A stretch of DNA of 64,000 nucleotides. It comes from a virus. Below the pieces are notes generated by a model, which saw only the letters and a list, made by a program, of their open reading frames with translations, made no database searches and had not been told where the DNA came from. Each line of letters begins with the position of its first letter. The first letter of the stretch is position 1. The translations under genes were made by a program, and so were the position numbers. This document shows, one piece after another, positions 29,111 to 39,179 of the stretch. The DNA is taken from IMG/VR virus record IMGVR_UViG_3300028025_003409, positions 1 through 64,000 of that record; one strand, written 5' to 3'.

Positions 29111-30694
29111 TTATTGAGATGATCGCCCTTCGCCTTTTGGATTCCTTCCAGAGACGGTTGCAGAACCATCTGACTGATTGTTAACTCTTTCTGTATCCCT
29201 CTGTCGTTCTGCTGGATTGTTTTCTTGCTCTGGCTTTGCTGAAAAAATCTCATCTCCACCTTCTCGTTGTGGCATTCCCAAGATTGTTCTTGCCTCATTA
29301 GGAAGCATGACCTGAGACTTGATATATCTTTCAATAATCTGAGACTGAGCAATTTCATCTGTCAGTGTAAGTTCGTTGAACTTGAAATCTAGGATATCTG
29401 TCTTTTCACGAATGATCTTGTTGATCATCTTGTTCAACTTATCTTGTGCTGGTCTTGATACCTGTTCTTTAAATGTTCTGTCTTGTGCTAATGCTGCTGC
29501 GATGTTTGATGAATCTCCACCGCCAAGTTTAGAAAGTGGAACCTGGTGAGCAACTAAAATGTCATCACGGTTTTGCTTACGGTACTCTTTAAATGAGCCT
29601 TCCTGAATTCCATTCTCAATTGGTTCCATCTTAAACTCAACCTTGTTACCATCTGAATCTCCTGGCAATGGGATGTAAAGAGTTCTGTGGTTTTGTCCCT
29701 TTAGGCCTGTCTGCAAGAATCTAAACATCTTGTCTTCTGCCTCTGAAGATAACTTTGCACCCTTAAGAGTTACAACATATCTTGGAACAGCCTTGTTACT
29801 AAAGAAATCAATATTATATTGTGATGCAAGTGCGTCACCATAAAGAGAGTTTATTGCTGCAAGAATGTCAGGTACTCCATAGAAAGTATTTAGTGGAGAG
29901 TATGACTTAAAGTGAATAATCTCGTTTGGTCTTGGATCAGTTCCAAGTGGGTTAGGGTTTGTTGCTCCGAAGTTACGGAAATAAATAACCTTGTTTCCAA
30001 TTACCTGAACAAAGCCATCACGCAGTCTTCTTATTCTAATTGTTGTTGATGGGATGTGGCCAACGTAACCAATCTCTCCCTTGATAGTTCTTCCAACCTC
30101 TAGATATGCATTTCCAGTAGACTGAAGATCTGTATAGATTTTTTCCATTGTAGATGTAAAAGAATCTTCTGTATTTAAAGACTCTAACCAATCTCTAACT
30201 TCAATCTTTGCTCTTTCAATTCTTTTTCTTGCTCTACCAATTGCATCATTATCTGAAGATGATTCTAACTTCAGCATTGTTCTTGCAGATACCTCAAAGT
30301 CATATCCAAGACCAACAATGTTTTCGACCTTAGCATCAATGGCTGCATGGTTAGCAAATGATGTGTCATAGTAACTTGCTAATTCATATAGGTTCCATGG
30401 TGGAGTGATAACATCAAATAGTCCATAGCCATTTCGATAGACTGTTCCTGGGTTGATTTCTTTTGATCTTGCACCATTAATACCAGTACTCTCTGCTCTA
30501 GATGAGTCAATGTATCCTTGTGTTACTTCTGTCTTTGATATTCTGTTTGCTCTACGCTTAAAGTTATTTTCTAATCCCTCAAAAACTTTGAGATCATCCC
30601 AAGACTTATTAAATGGATCTTGTTTAGAAAAAGTATCATCTGCTGGTGCAAGTTCATCAATTCTTGCTGGAATTCTGTATTCGTGGTCTGACAT
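29111..30694 (-). CDS. portal protein
   Basis: TGNAYLEV, EIIHFK, YGVP, FFSNKAVP and PNEARTILGM portal motifs. Confidence 0.9.
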   Translation of the reverse strand: MSDHEYRIPARIDELAPADDTFSKQDPFNKSWDDLKVFEGLENNFKRRANRISKTEVTQGYIDSSRAESTGINGARSKEINPGTVYRNGYGLFDVITPPWNLYELASYYDTSFANHAAIDAKVENIVGLGYDFEVSARTMLKLESSSDNDAIGRARKRIERAKIEVRDWLESLNTEDSFTSTMEKIYTDLQSTGNAYLEVGRTIKGEIGYVGHIPSTTIRIRRLRDGFVQVIGNKVIYFRNFGATNPNPLGTDPRPNEIIHFKSYSPLNTFYGVPDILAAINSLYGDALASQYNIDFFSNKAVPRYVVTLKGAKLSSEAEDKMFRFLQTGLKGQNHRTLYIPLPGDSDGNKVEFKMEPIENGIQEGSFKEYRKQNRDDILVAHQVPLSKLGGGDSSNIAAALAQDRTFKEQVSRPAQDKLNKMINKIIREKTDILDFKFNELTLTDEIAQSQIIERYIKSQVMLPNEARTILGMPQREGGDEIFSAKPEQENNPAERQRDTERVNNQSDGSATVSGRNPKGEGRSSQ

Positions 30695-31098
30695 TAGTCA
30701 TCACTTCCATACTTTGCAATAGTATCCTTGGCTGCCTGCACTGCTCCAAGGTCGTTCATTGAAGGGATCAGTCCCTCTGCTAGTCTTTGCTTTTGTTCTG
30801 AATATTCTTCTTCTGAGATTCTAGTTAATCCTGGTACGAAGATGCATTCGCCATCTCCTTCATCCCCGTAATATTTTGCTGCTTCTTTTAGTTTGGATAT
30901 CTGCATAATGTCGCCACGCATAGATTCAATGTTTAAAACAGAGCCAGTTCCATCTGTAAACCATTTCCCATTAGACTTTTTATAAACATATAGGCCCCAC
31001 TCATAATGCTTTTCAATAATCTTTGCACGGGATTCGCCTACTTGACCCTTCATTTTTGGAAGAGCCTTACGCTTTTTCTTTGGATTTTCCATATTCAT
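30694..31098 (-). CDS. hypothetical protein preceding portal
   Basis: ORF coupled to portal; TGGTATACT lies 7 nt before the ATG at 31098. Confidence 0.65.
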   Translation of the reverse strand: MNMENPKKKRKALPKMKGQVGESRAKIIEKHYEWGLYVYKKSNGKWFTDGTGSVLNIESMRGDIMQISKLKEAAKYYGDEGDGECIFVPGLTRISEEEYSEQKQRLAEGLIPSMNDLGAVQAAKDTIAKYGSDD

Positions 31099-31116
31099 AA
31101 CCATAAGTATACCATA

Positions 31117-34100
31117 TTATACTGGTGTGGCGGTGCTTTGTTGCCAGCCGATTGCCTGATAAAAATTATATTCATATCCTTTTAGAGTAACTTTTTTATC
31201 TGTATCAATGATTATCTTATTAGTTCCAGTATAACTCTTGTAAATTGTGTCTGGATCTACCCCATAAAAACTCTTGGTTGACAAGACCAGCATACCTCCC
31301 CAGCGATAGGCTGGTGTCCAAAAGTCCCAATCAAGTGTGTCTGATCCAGCATACTTAACTCTGAACCACTTTCTAAAAGATGTTTGCTGAATCTCTTGTA
31401 GGCTTGTTGATTGATAATATGAGATAACATTAAATGTCAGGGGTCCTGTAATTCTTATCGCCCCAGAAGTGTTATTAAAGTTTAATACTCTTGAGAAGGA
31501 TATTCCTAAGAATGCCCATTCTTTTACAGTCAATACTGGATCCTTTACTATTTTGCCATTAAAATAGAATAAAATTCCGTTTTCGTATTGTCCAGTTTTT
31601 GCATTGATAGCATAGATAGTTCCTCGCTTACCGTCTGAACTGTTTGCCACAATAAAAAATTTAAGATACTGATCTTTAGACTCTACTTCAAATATTGGTG
31701 TTGGGCTGTATGGGAAAAAGTCTTGATCAAAACGAACTGCTGATTGCATTGCTATAACGCTATACTTATCTGAAAGACCTTGATTAATTGGAATAGATAG
31801 TCCACGGTTTACTGCTGAGTTAAACGTTCCCTTAAGTGTAATTCCGCTATTTCGAGTTAAGAATAAGTAAGGGCTGCTCTTCTTGTATATTGAGAAAGGA
31901 TTTTTTGCTTTGTAATTATAATAGTATCCTGATTTTCTATATGGGTAAATGGATGTTCCAAATCTTGTACCAACTGGGTTTGGAGATGTATCGTTAAATG
32001 CTTGCGAAGAATATTCTAAAGTTTTTATTTTAACATCGTGTGTTAAAATTCCGTCAATCTCAAACTCTAGCCTTGTCACCATTGCAATCTTTGAAGTGTC
32101 TTCCTGTGGTGGATAAATAACCATACTATCTACAACCTCATACTTTGTCCTTAGCCAATCTGATGCTGGAGATACAACCCCATCAGTTGATGCAGGAACA
32201 AACTTTGTAAAATATAAATCTGAAGTATTTATACCAGAAGAAACATACTCAAAGTTAATGTAAGATTTTACGTATGAAGAAGATGTGTCAAACTTGTAAG
32301 TCTTAGAGACCTTGTTTTTTAAATCTTCGTAATCGTTGTATCCAGTAAAAAGTTGGTTACCTAGTGCATCATAATTTCGCTGTATTGGATAAGAATACTC
32401 TCCAGAAAGAGATGGAATAACTTCTTCATTGCTTTGTCCAGGATTGATTACAGTTGGCACACCATATTTCCAAGACACTGGAACTGCTGGAACTTCTAGA
32501 TACCTAGATGGTGCTGGGTAATCAATATTAAACTGGATAAAGTCTAGGTCATAGTAATCTTCGTCGTTTGCATCTTTAACATATTCTGATAAATACGATA
32601 GTGGCAAATAGTCTTTCCATGAGGACTTTACAGCAATATCAAAATAGTAATTATTGAAATATTCTTTAACAATAAGGGTATAACTTGCTATATGGTTTAC
32701 CATTCTGTAAACTGGATATCCGTTTGGGGTCCCGCCATCTAAAAAGTATTGCCAGAAATTTTCATCATTTCCAGTATACTCTCCAGCGTCAATATCTATG
32801 TTTGAATAATATAAATCAAAAACATCCTCGTATTCTAAGAAACATCCTTTAAAATTAAATAGTGTTTTTATTGACTCTAAATTGGTTGCATTGCAAAGAC
32901 CAACTTTATAAATTTTTCCATGGAAACTTTTTGCAAAATCTTTTGTTCCACCTATATACAATTTTAAGGAAGACCTATTACCAAAAAATGATAGACTGTT
33001 TCTGCCAAAGAAGTCTGTAAATCTTTCTATGTCCATTCCTACAGGGAAAGATTCTCCAACCTGAATCCCTTGCATAGAATATATTGTTTCTAGTTCTCCA
33101 TTATAGAATAAATTATATTTTATATTTGATCCATTGAGAATAATTGAAAAATAGTTTGAAGTGTTCTCTTGCTCAATATAAAGGATTGTTTCATCTACAG
33201 AAGGAAGAACTGTTGGCTTTATAACAAGATAAAAAGCCTTTAAATCTTCTTGTAGCAGATTAAAACCGTCAAACTTTAAATATCCGTTATTAGACCAAGA
33301 ATTTGATGGCTTGAAAGTAAAGAAGTTATCTGCCTCTGTTTGAAATTCAGAAGAAAAAACAATGTCAGTTAAAGATTTTGCTGTTGAATTATTTATAACA
33401 AGTTCTGGAACCTTATAGTCAGGAACAGATAACTTATTGTTTTTAACTATTAAGTTGTTTAGAACTCCCTGATTCCATTTTCCAAGATCTGGGTATGTGT
33501 AATTATTTGTATAGTCTGCATAGTTGTAATCAATGAATACAGACGAACCACTATATGCTGTATTTATATTTTCTGGAAAGTCTACTCCCTGACCATAAAT
33601 AAATCTTCTTTTTGCTACTACTGATGGAACTTTATAAGAGTATATTGCGACTGCATCAATTTCTATTGGTGACACATCCTCATAAGAATAAAAACATAAA
33701 ATTTCATCGCTCCCAGATTGTGGGAAGTCTAGTTCATAGGCATCAAATGATATAGAGCAAACCTCTTCTCCGTTGATCAGAAGACTTGCACCTTTTGATC
33801 CATACACAATATCTATTAGCATGGGCTTGCCCCATTCTCCAACATAATGTGTAGCAATATTATTATTAATTTTTAAAATAAGTGATGTGCCATCAATCCA
33901 CAAACCATCATCAGAATTGGGCTTTCCTAAAATCTTTCTTGGGGAAACTGAGTCGCTATTTACCCTTAACCACATTTCAAAAGTATAATCTTTGTATTTT
34001 CCACTTTCATGTAGAAATCCTTTTGCTGGTATTACTAAACACGGTTCTCCATTGTTGTCAATTAGTTTAGTTATACCACTTGCACCGTATACTAACGGTA

Positions 34101-34833
34101 TTCCAGTATTCTTAGCCATAAGGGATCCATTATTTATAATGTAGTATCCATAGTCGCTTGTTAGTCCATAAGAGTCTGCTGCTACTCCATACTTGCCTGG
34201 CAAAATAGGTACTGGAACTTTTGAAACACCTAAAGATGTAGAATTGAATTCCTCTGACCACTGACCAACAGTTAAACCGTTAAGACTAAAGTTATACTCA
34301 TTTTCAAAGTCGTCAGTAAAGAAATAGTTTATCTTAATAACAATTCTCATTGTGGTATTTTGTTTTGGTATGTCAAATGTCTCTGATATAAAACTCCATT
34401 CTTTGCTTACTGGAGATAAGAAAGATTTTAGGTGCTGTATTGTTTTTCCAGAAGAAGTATCGTAATATTCATACCCAATCTTAATTCCAGAGATTGCTGC
34501 TGTGTTTGAATAAAAATATGACCCAATAGAAAATGTTTTTAGGTCTTGATTCATTTCAGAAAAGTTAATGATGTCGTCAGTCACACAAACAATTTCACTA
34601 AATGCTTCATTGCTAATTCTTGCATTAAGAATGTTTGTTACACTATTTGGAAATGGAGAGGTTTTTAAAAATATTTGTTCTGCCACAGCCCCAATTGGTG
34701 TTGGCCAATTTGCAGAAGATCTTTGGCTTTCTGTAATTAGAGAAAGGTAGTCTGCTTTATCATCCAGTGCCCAAAGAGCAATGGGGTGTTCTGAAAACAC
34801 TTTTTCTGCATACAGATTTGATGAAGTAGACAT
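31117..34833 (-). CDS. large virion protein with LamG/ConA-like domains
   Basis: 1238 aa; P(I)ALWALDD start, YTFEMWLRV and IDAVAIY LamG-like motifs. Confidence 0.65.
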   Translation of the reverse strand: MSTSSNLYAEKVFSEHPIALWALDDKADYLSLITESQRSSANWPTPIGAVAEQIFLKTSPFPNSVTNILNARISNEAFSEIVCVTDDIINFSEMNQDLKTFSIGSYFYSNTAAISGIKIGYEYYDTSSGKTIQHLKSFLSPVSKEWSFISETFDIPKQNTTMRIVIKINYFFTDDFENEYNFSLNGLTVGQWSEEFNSTSLGVSKVPVPILPGKYGVAADSYGLTSDYGYYIINNGSLMAKNTGIPLVYGASGITKLIDNNGEPCLVIPAKGFLHESGKYKDYTFEMWLRVNSDSVSPRKILGKPNSDDGLWIDGTSLILKINNNIATHYVGEWGKPMLIDIVYGSKGASLLINGEEVCSISFDAYELDFPQSGSDEILCFYSYEDVSPIEIDAVAIYSYKVPSVVAKRRFIYGQGVDFPENINTAYSGSSVFIDYNYADYTNNYTYPDLGKWNQGVLNNLIVKNNKLSVPDYKVPELVINNSTAKSLTDIVFSSEFQTEADNFFTFKPSNSWSNNGYLKFDGFNLLQEDLKAFYLVIKPTVLPSVDETILYIEQENTSNYFSIILNGSNIKYNLFYNGELETIYSMQGIQVGESFPVGMDIERFTDFFGRNSLSFFGNRSSLKLYIGGTKDFAKSFHGKIYKVGLCNATNLESIKTLFNFKGCFLEYEDVFDLYYSNIDIDAGEYTGNDENFWQYFLDGGTPNGYPVYRMVNHIASYTLIVKEYFNNYYFDIAVKSSWKDYLPLSYLSEYVKDANDEDYYDLDFIQFNIDYPAPSRYLEVPAVPVSWKYGVPTVINPGQSNEEVIPSLSGEYSYPIQRNYDALGNQLFTGYNDYEDLKNKVSKTYKFDTSSSYVKSYINFEYVSSGINTSDLYFTKFVPASTDGVVSPASDWLRTKYEVVDSMVIYPPQEDTSKIAMVTRLEFEIDGILTHDVKIKTLEYSSQAFNDTSPNPVGTRFGTSIYPYRKSGYYYNYKAKNPFSIYKKSSPYLFLTRNSGITLKGTFNSAVNRGLSIPINQGLSDKYSVIAMQSAVRFDQDFFPYSPTPIFEVESKDQYLKFFIVANSSDGKRGTIYAINAKTGQYENGILFYFNGKIVKDPVLTVKEWAFLGISFSRVLNFNNTSGAIRITGPLTFNVISYYQSTSLQEIQQTSFRKWFRVKYAGSDTLDWDFWTPAYRWGGMLVLSTKSFYGVDPDTIYKSYTGTNKIIIDTDKKVTLKGYEYNFYQAIGWQQSTATPV

Positions 34834-34858
34834 TATAAGTCTATTTTACCACAGAAGA

Positions 34859-36892
34859 CTACTTGTTTATTTTTATTTCACAGTAGTCTGTTGTGCAGTA
34901 TGCTTCGCCCTGAGCCTCAAGATTATCTACACCGTCGTAAATGGCAGCAAAATCAATGTGCTTTAACTTACCAATATATGACTCATATTGCTCTTCAGTG
35001 ATCTGAGTATATGGCTGTTGTGGATATGTGTGATTTCCCATTGGTAGGAATGAGACTGCCTTTAGTTGCCCCTCGTACATGTGAAGTGCAGGAACAACAT
35101 GCTTTGACTCTGTTTCCTTGTCAAATGAAAGTGTTACAGAAACACCATTATCAGACCAGTACTTCTGAGCAGTTGCAGCAAGTGCAATCTTTTCAAACAA
35201 TGTAACATCCTTTTCAGATCTTGGATGGCCTGACTTGATTGGGAAATATACAACTGATGTGTTTGCTGATACCACATCGTCTTCAATTGTGTACCCTGCT
35301 GCTTTGAACAAATGCATCATTGGATCTGTATTTCCAAATCGAACTGCACGAAGGAAGAAGTTTCCTCCAGGTCCCCAGTGAACTCCAGGAGTTGCACCAG
35401 ACAAGATTGAAACTGATCCTGATGGCTTAACTGTTGTTACACGAATTGATTCACGAACACATAGCCACTCAGAGTACTGGTGGTCATAGTGACGAATCTT
35501 GTTATACCCTTCATCCATCCACTCACGAACTACTGGCAAACCCTTTTGATCTGCAAAAGATGCAATACCAGTAAGTGATGTACCAATACGACGGTTGCGT
35601 TGCATGATACCGTTTGTTTGTGGCCAGTGTGTTGGAACAAGTGTTACAGTCTTTCCATAAAGGTATGCAAACTTAAGGGTACGCAGGAAGTCCTCCTTAG
35701 ATTCATGACGATTCAAGTGCACTTCTACAAGTGTGCATAATTCGTATGATTCCAATGGCTGCTCCGCACATGGGTTGAATCCCATCACACGATAATCCTT
35801 ACCGTCTGGCGCATCCTTTAGTCGTCCATAATTACGAGCAACATCAAGCCAGATAAAACCTGGTTCTCCGTTTTCTGTAATTAAATCTACATAGTCTTCG
35901 TACCTTGTTCCTACTTCTGCTGAAATAGAATTATTAGACATCCAAGCCCAACCTGGATTCTCTGGATCAAATGAGTTACGCTCTGGGAACATCTCTGAGT
36001 TCTTTAGATTCATAAATGTTTCATCCCCTGCATTACCCAAAGCAAGAGTCGCTGATCGTCTTACGTTGCCTGATACTACGCAGGTACCAATAAGGTTTAC
36101 AAGGTCTACGATAGCACGAGAATCTAGTGTTTCTCCGCCTCTGGAGCCGATTACACGGTCTATCTGGTCGTGTAACTTAATAAGAGGTGCAGGTCCTGAA
36201 GCAACGCCTCCAAAGCCCTTGATAGGGGCTCCAAGAGGTCTAATTAAATCGTAGTTAAACTTCTGAATACTCTGGTTTGCTCTCAAGTAAGAATTAATTA
36301 AAAGTCGTACTGACTCTACCCAGCCTTCACGAGTGTCTGGAATTTCGAACACCTGTTCTGGTTCTGTAGGGGTATAGATTGAGAAATTCTTATCCTGTCC
36401 CACTGTATCAAACCCTACACCAATGCCAAGCATTAATGCATCCATCACCCAAGCAAAAAGGGCTCCTGGATCATTTTTGTCAAGGTCCTTTGTTGAAACC
36501 ATTGCACAGTTTTGTAGTGCTGCTGAGTTCTTCTTCTCCATGGTCATAGGGGTTCCAAATGCCCACATGCCTCGACCTGGTGGTGTCCACTTCAATTCAA
36601 ACATTCTTTGGAATGCTTCTTGTGCTGACTTCTGAGCCTTGTAGTCATTCCATGGCAAACGGTTTTCTTTAGCATGATTCTTTTGAACTGAATACATACC
36701 CTCGATTACACGACGACAAACTTCGTGCCACCTTTCCTTAGTTCCATCTTCCTTCATACGGGAATATGTTCGAATAAAAGTAATTTCTCCAAGTGAGTTT
36801 TCTGCTGCATCCTTAAACCCAAATGGGCTTTCTTGGCTCTTGTACTTTTCTACGAAGTCCTCTGGAAGTTTAAAACTAAAGAAATCTGACAT
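34859..36892 (-). CDS. nrdJ: class II (adenosylcobalamin-dependent) ribonucleotide reductase
   Basis: PPGRG, NCAM, GNVRRSA, NPCAEQPL, TTVKPSG and C-terminal CTTDYC. Confidence 0.92.
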   Translation of the reverse strand: MSDFFSFKLPEDFVEKYKSQESPFGFKDAAENSLGEITFIRTYSRMKEDGTKERWHEVCRRVIEGMYSVQKNHAKENRLPWNDYKAQKSAQEAFQRMFELKWTPPGRGMWAFGTPMTMEKKNSAALQNCAMVSTKDLDKNDPGALFAWVMDALMLGIGVGFDTVGQDKNFSIYTPTEPEQVFEIPDTREGWVESVRLLINSYLRANQSIQKFNYDLIRPLGAPIKGFGGVASGPAPLIKLHDQIDRVIGSRGGETLDSRAIVDLVNLIGTCVVSGNVRRSATLALGNAGDETFMNLKNSEMFPERNSFDPENPGWAWMSNNSISAEVGTRYEDYVDLITENGEPGFIWLDVARNYGRLKDAPDGKDYRVMGFNPCAEQPLESYELCTLVEVHLNRHESKEDFLRTLKFAYLYGKTVTLVPTHWPQTNGIMQRNRRIGTSLTGIASFADQKGLPVVREWMDEGYNKIRHYDHQYSEWLCVRESIRVTTVKPSGSVSILSGATPGVHWGPGGNFFLRAVRFGNTDPMMHLFKAAGYTIEDDVVSANTSVVYFPIKSGHPRSEKDVTLFEKIALAATAQKYWSDNGVSVTLSFDKETESKHVVPALHMYEGQLKAVSFLPMGNHTYPQQPYTQITEEQYESYIGKLKHIDFAAIYDGVDNLEAQGEAYCTTDYCEIKINK

Positions 36893-36929
36893 AATATGTA
36901 TCGTCCTTTCAAAAACGGATTAAGCGTTA

Positions 36930-36962
36930 AGTATAGCAGAGTTTTATAAAAAGTAAAACTCT
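36930..36962 (-). promoter_or_regulatory. nrdJ extended -10 (TGCTATACT) with an adjacent 9-bp inverted repeat
   Basis: AGTATAGCA at 36930-36938; AGAGTTTTA-N7-TAAAACTCT at 36938-36962. Confidence 0.55.
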
Positions 36963-37005
36963 ACCTAAAGTATTAGTTGATAGTTGTTGTTTTTTATAAA
37001 TAGTA

Positions 37006-37740
37006 TTACTTAAAAACTTTTTTTTGCCAGAATTTTAGTCTATATCCATTCTGAAACATTGACCTAACAACTCTTCTTTGTAGATTGGTTTTTTCTGGAT
37101 CAAACTCTTTGTCAATTTCCATTTCCCACTCATCACGCCTAAAAGGAAATACTTGTGCTAATGGAGTTCCTTGTTTAATTATGCCTTTAAAGTTTTTCTG
37201 TATAAAAAATGATAGATGACCATCGGACCAAAACTTATCAGTATCAATAATTGCTTCAACTGCTCTGAGTGGCGAAGGTGGTTGATGAATTGGTTGCATA
37301 AATAAAGTACTAAAGCCTTCTGGAGTGCTGACCATCCATGTTGGATGAATTCTTAATATCTGATTACAGTAAAGATTTTGATCTAATGGCAAATGAGAAA
37401 CTTGTTCTGTTGAGTGATGAGCAATTAATTCTGCTTTAAATCTTTGCATTTCTGCTGGAAGTTGAACATCAAATCTTCCTTCTGTGGTATCAATATATAT
37501 ATCTACAGGAACCTTTAGCATATATCCCATAGACATGGAGTCAAAGAAAGCCTGACACTTTTTTACTGTAAGTCTAAAACTACCATTTTCTGGAATTTCT
37601 GGATTTGGGCCAGTAATACTTGGTTGATGTCTATACCAGTCTGGAACATTTTTAGTTCCTGGTTCTGGCAAAGGAAACACATCTACTAGATGAGGGTATG
37701 CCTGAAGAAACTTAATTTTATTAAATGGTATTTTTTTCAT
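37006..37740 (-). CDS. hypothetical protein (dUTPase-like beta-fold family seen in aquatic phages)
   Basis: PDWY..TVKKC..DSMSMGY..TPEGFSTLF..IIKQGTPLAQVFPFRR; leaderless promoter. Confidence 0.55.
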   Translation of the reverse strand: MKKIPFNKIKFLQAYPHLVDVFPLPEPGTKNVPDWYRHQPSITGPNPEIPENGSFRLTVKKCQAFFDSMSMGYMLKVPVDIYIDTTEGRFDVQLPAEMQRFKAELIAHHSTEQVSHLPLDQNLYCNQILRIHPTWMVSTPEGFSTLFMQPIHQPPSPLRAVEAIIDTDKFWSDGHLSFFIQKNFKGIIKQGTPLAQVFPFRRDEWEMEIDKEFDPEKTNLQRRVVRSMFQNGYRLKFWQKKVFK

Positions 37741-37779
37741 AATACAAGTATATCACTAATGGATAGTTCTTGCAAAATA

Positions 37780-39147
37780 TTATACCTTGGAGTTGTGGAC
37801 TACCATGTTACCAGCGATAATAGTATCGACAGGGAATGCATTAAACTTGAATACATTTCTTGTTTCTTCGATATATTCTACGCTTGTTACAGGTGTTGCT
37901 GTCATGCCAAATTCTTCTGCTTCAAAGATAAAGTCACTTGTCAATACCTTTTCTGCCTCAAGGAACATATGAGTATTGTCTCTCTTAATAAGAACCTTTT
38001 CTCCTTCAGTAAATCTCTTGCCCTTGTCACCGTTAAAGAATAGTGTTTTTTCTTTAACAGATGGCTCGATAGCGATAATTTCTGAGTTAACTCTTGAGAC
38101 TTGTTCAAGAACTGCTGGGTAAATTGTTGATGCTGATGGATCAACTGATTCATCTAGCAATCCATCCCAACTGATAGACCAGATTTTTTCTCCAACAACA
38201 ATGTCTTTTGCTGCCTTAAACTCTATTGAATTATCTTCACCAATAACTTGAATCAGTGTGTCTTCATCAATACAATATCTCAGTGGTACGAATGAGTAAG
38301 GTCCTGGTGTAAATGAAAATGTTGGTGTGAATGAATATGTTGGTGTAAAAGAATATGGTGTAAAAGAATAAGGTGTAAATGAATATGTTGGTGTAAATGA
38401 ATACGGTACAAATGAATATGGCACGAATGAGTAAGGTACGAATGAATATACTGGTGTAAATGAATAGGGTACGAATGAATAAGGTGTAAATGAGAATGGT
38501 ACAAATGAAAACGGTGTAAATGAGAATGTTGTTACTGATGCAGATGGAGAAGAAACTGCAGAGTTACCATTAGCATTTGTTGCATAAACTGTATATGTTT
38601 GTGCTGTTCCGCCTTCTTGTGATACTGAAACAGATGTTCCTGCTTGTGTTGCACCCTTTCCATCTGAAGATGCCCAAGTATAAGAAGTAATTGCAGATCC
38701 ACCATTTGCTGGTGCAGTCCAAGATACAGAGTCTGTTGTTGATCCCGCTACGTTAGCACCAGCAGAAGGTGTTGGGGATGATACTGACGGAGCAGCAGGC
38801 GCTGCAGGAACTGTTGTTACAGTCACAGAAGCAGAGGCAGTAGATACAGGAGATATGCCTGCAGCATTTGTTGCCCGAACTGTAAATGTTGGTGTTGCTT
38901 CTGATGCAATGCCAGTCACAATAATTGGAGAGGATGCTCCAGTTGCTGTCTGTCCTGTGCTTGCTGTTACTGTATAAGATGTGGCAGCAGGCGATAGTGC
39001 TGGTAAGGCAAATGCTACAGAAACTGCACCATTATTAAAAGCCCGTCCTGTTCCTACGTTTGTTCCAGTAACACCTGTTGGTGCTAATGGCTCCAAAAAG
39101 TCATTTGACGCTTGAGACTTCTTACCTATCTTCTTACCTGCTGCCAT
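37780..39147 (-). CDS. FnIII-domain protein with 15 (Y/F)SF(T/V)P repeats and a C-terminal Hint domain
   Basis: TFTVRATNAAG and VSWTAPANGGSAITSY FnIII motifs; repeats at 38284-38526; Hint CIDEDTLI...VVHN-SKV. Confidence 0.8.
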   Translation of the reverse strand: MAAGKKIGKKSQASNDFLEPLAPTGVTGTNVGTGRAFNNGAVSVAFALPALSPAATSYTVTASTGQTATGASSPIIVTGIASEATPTFTVRATNAAGISPVSTASASVTVTTVPAAPAAPSVSSPTPSAGANVAGSTTDSVSWTAPANGGSAITSYTWASSDGKGATQAGTSVSVSQEGGTAQTYTVYATNANGNSAVSSPSASVTTFSFTPFSFVPFSFTPYSFVPYSFTPVYSFVPYSFVPYSFVPYSFTPTYSFTPYSFTPYSFTPTYSFTPTFSFTPGPYSFVPLRYCIDEDTLIQVIGEDNSIEFKAAKDIVVGEKIWSISWDGLLDESVDPSASTIYPAVLEQVSRVNSEIIAIEPSVKEKTLFFNGDKGKRFTEGEKVLIKRDNTHMFLEAEKVLTSDFIFEAEEFGMTATPVTSVEYIEETRNVFKFNAFPVDTIIAGNMVVHNSKV

Positions 39148-39179
39148 GTCTATCTCCTAATTTCTTATTGAATTTTGTA

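Noticed and set aside
29107-29358. 83-aa ORF overlapping the portal 3' end
   Set aside because: Fully nested alternate frame with no start signal
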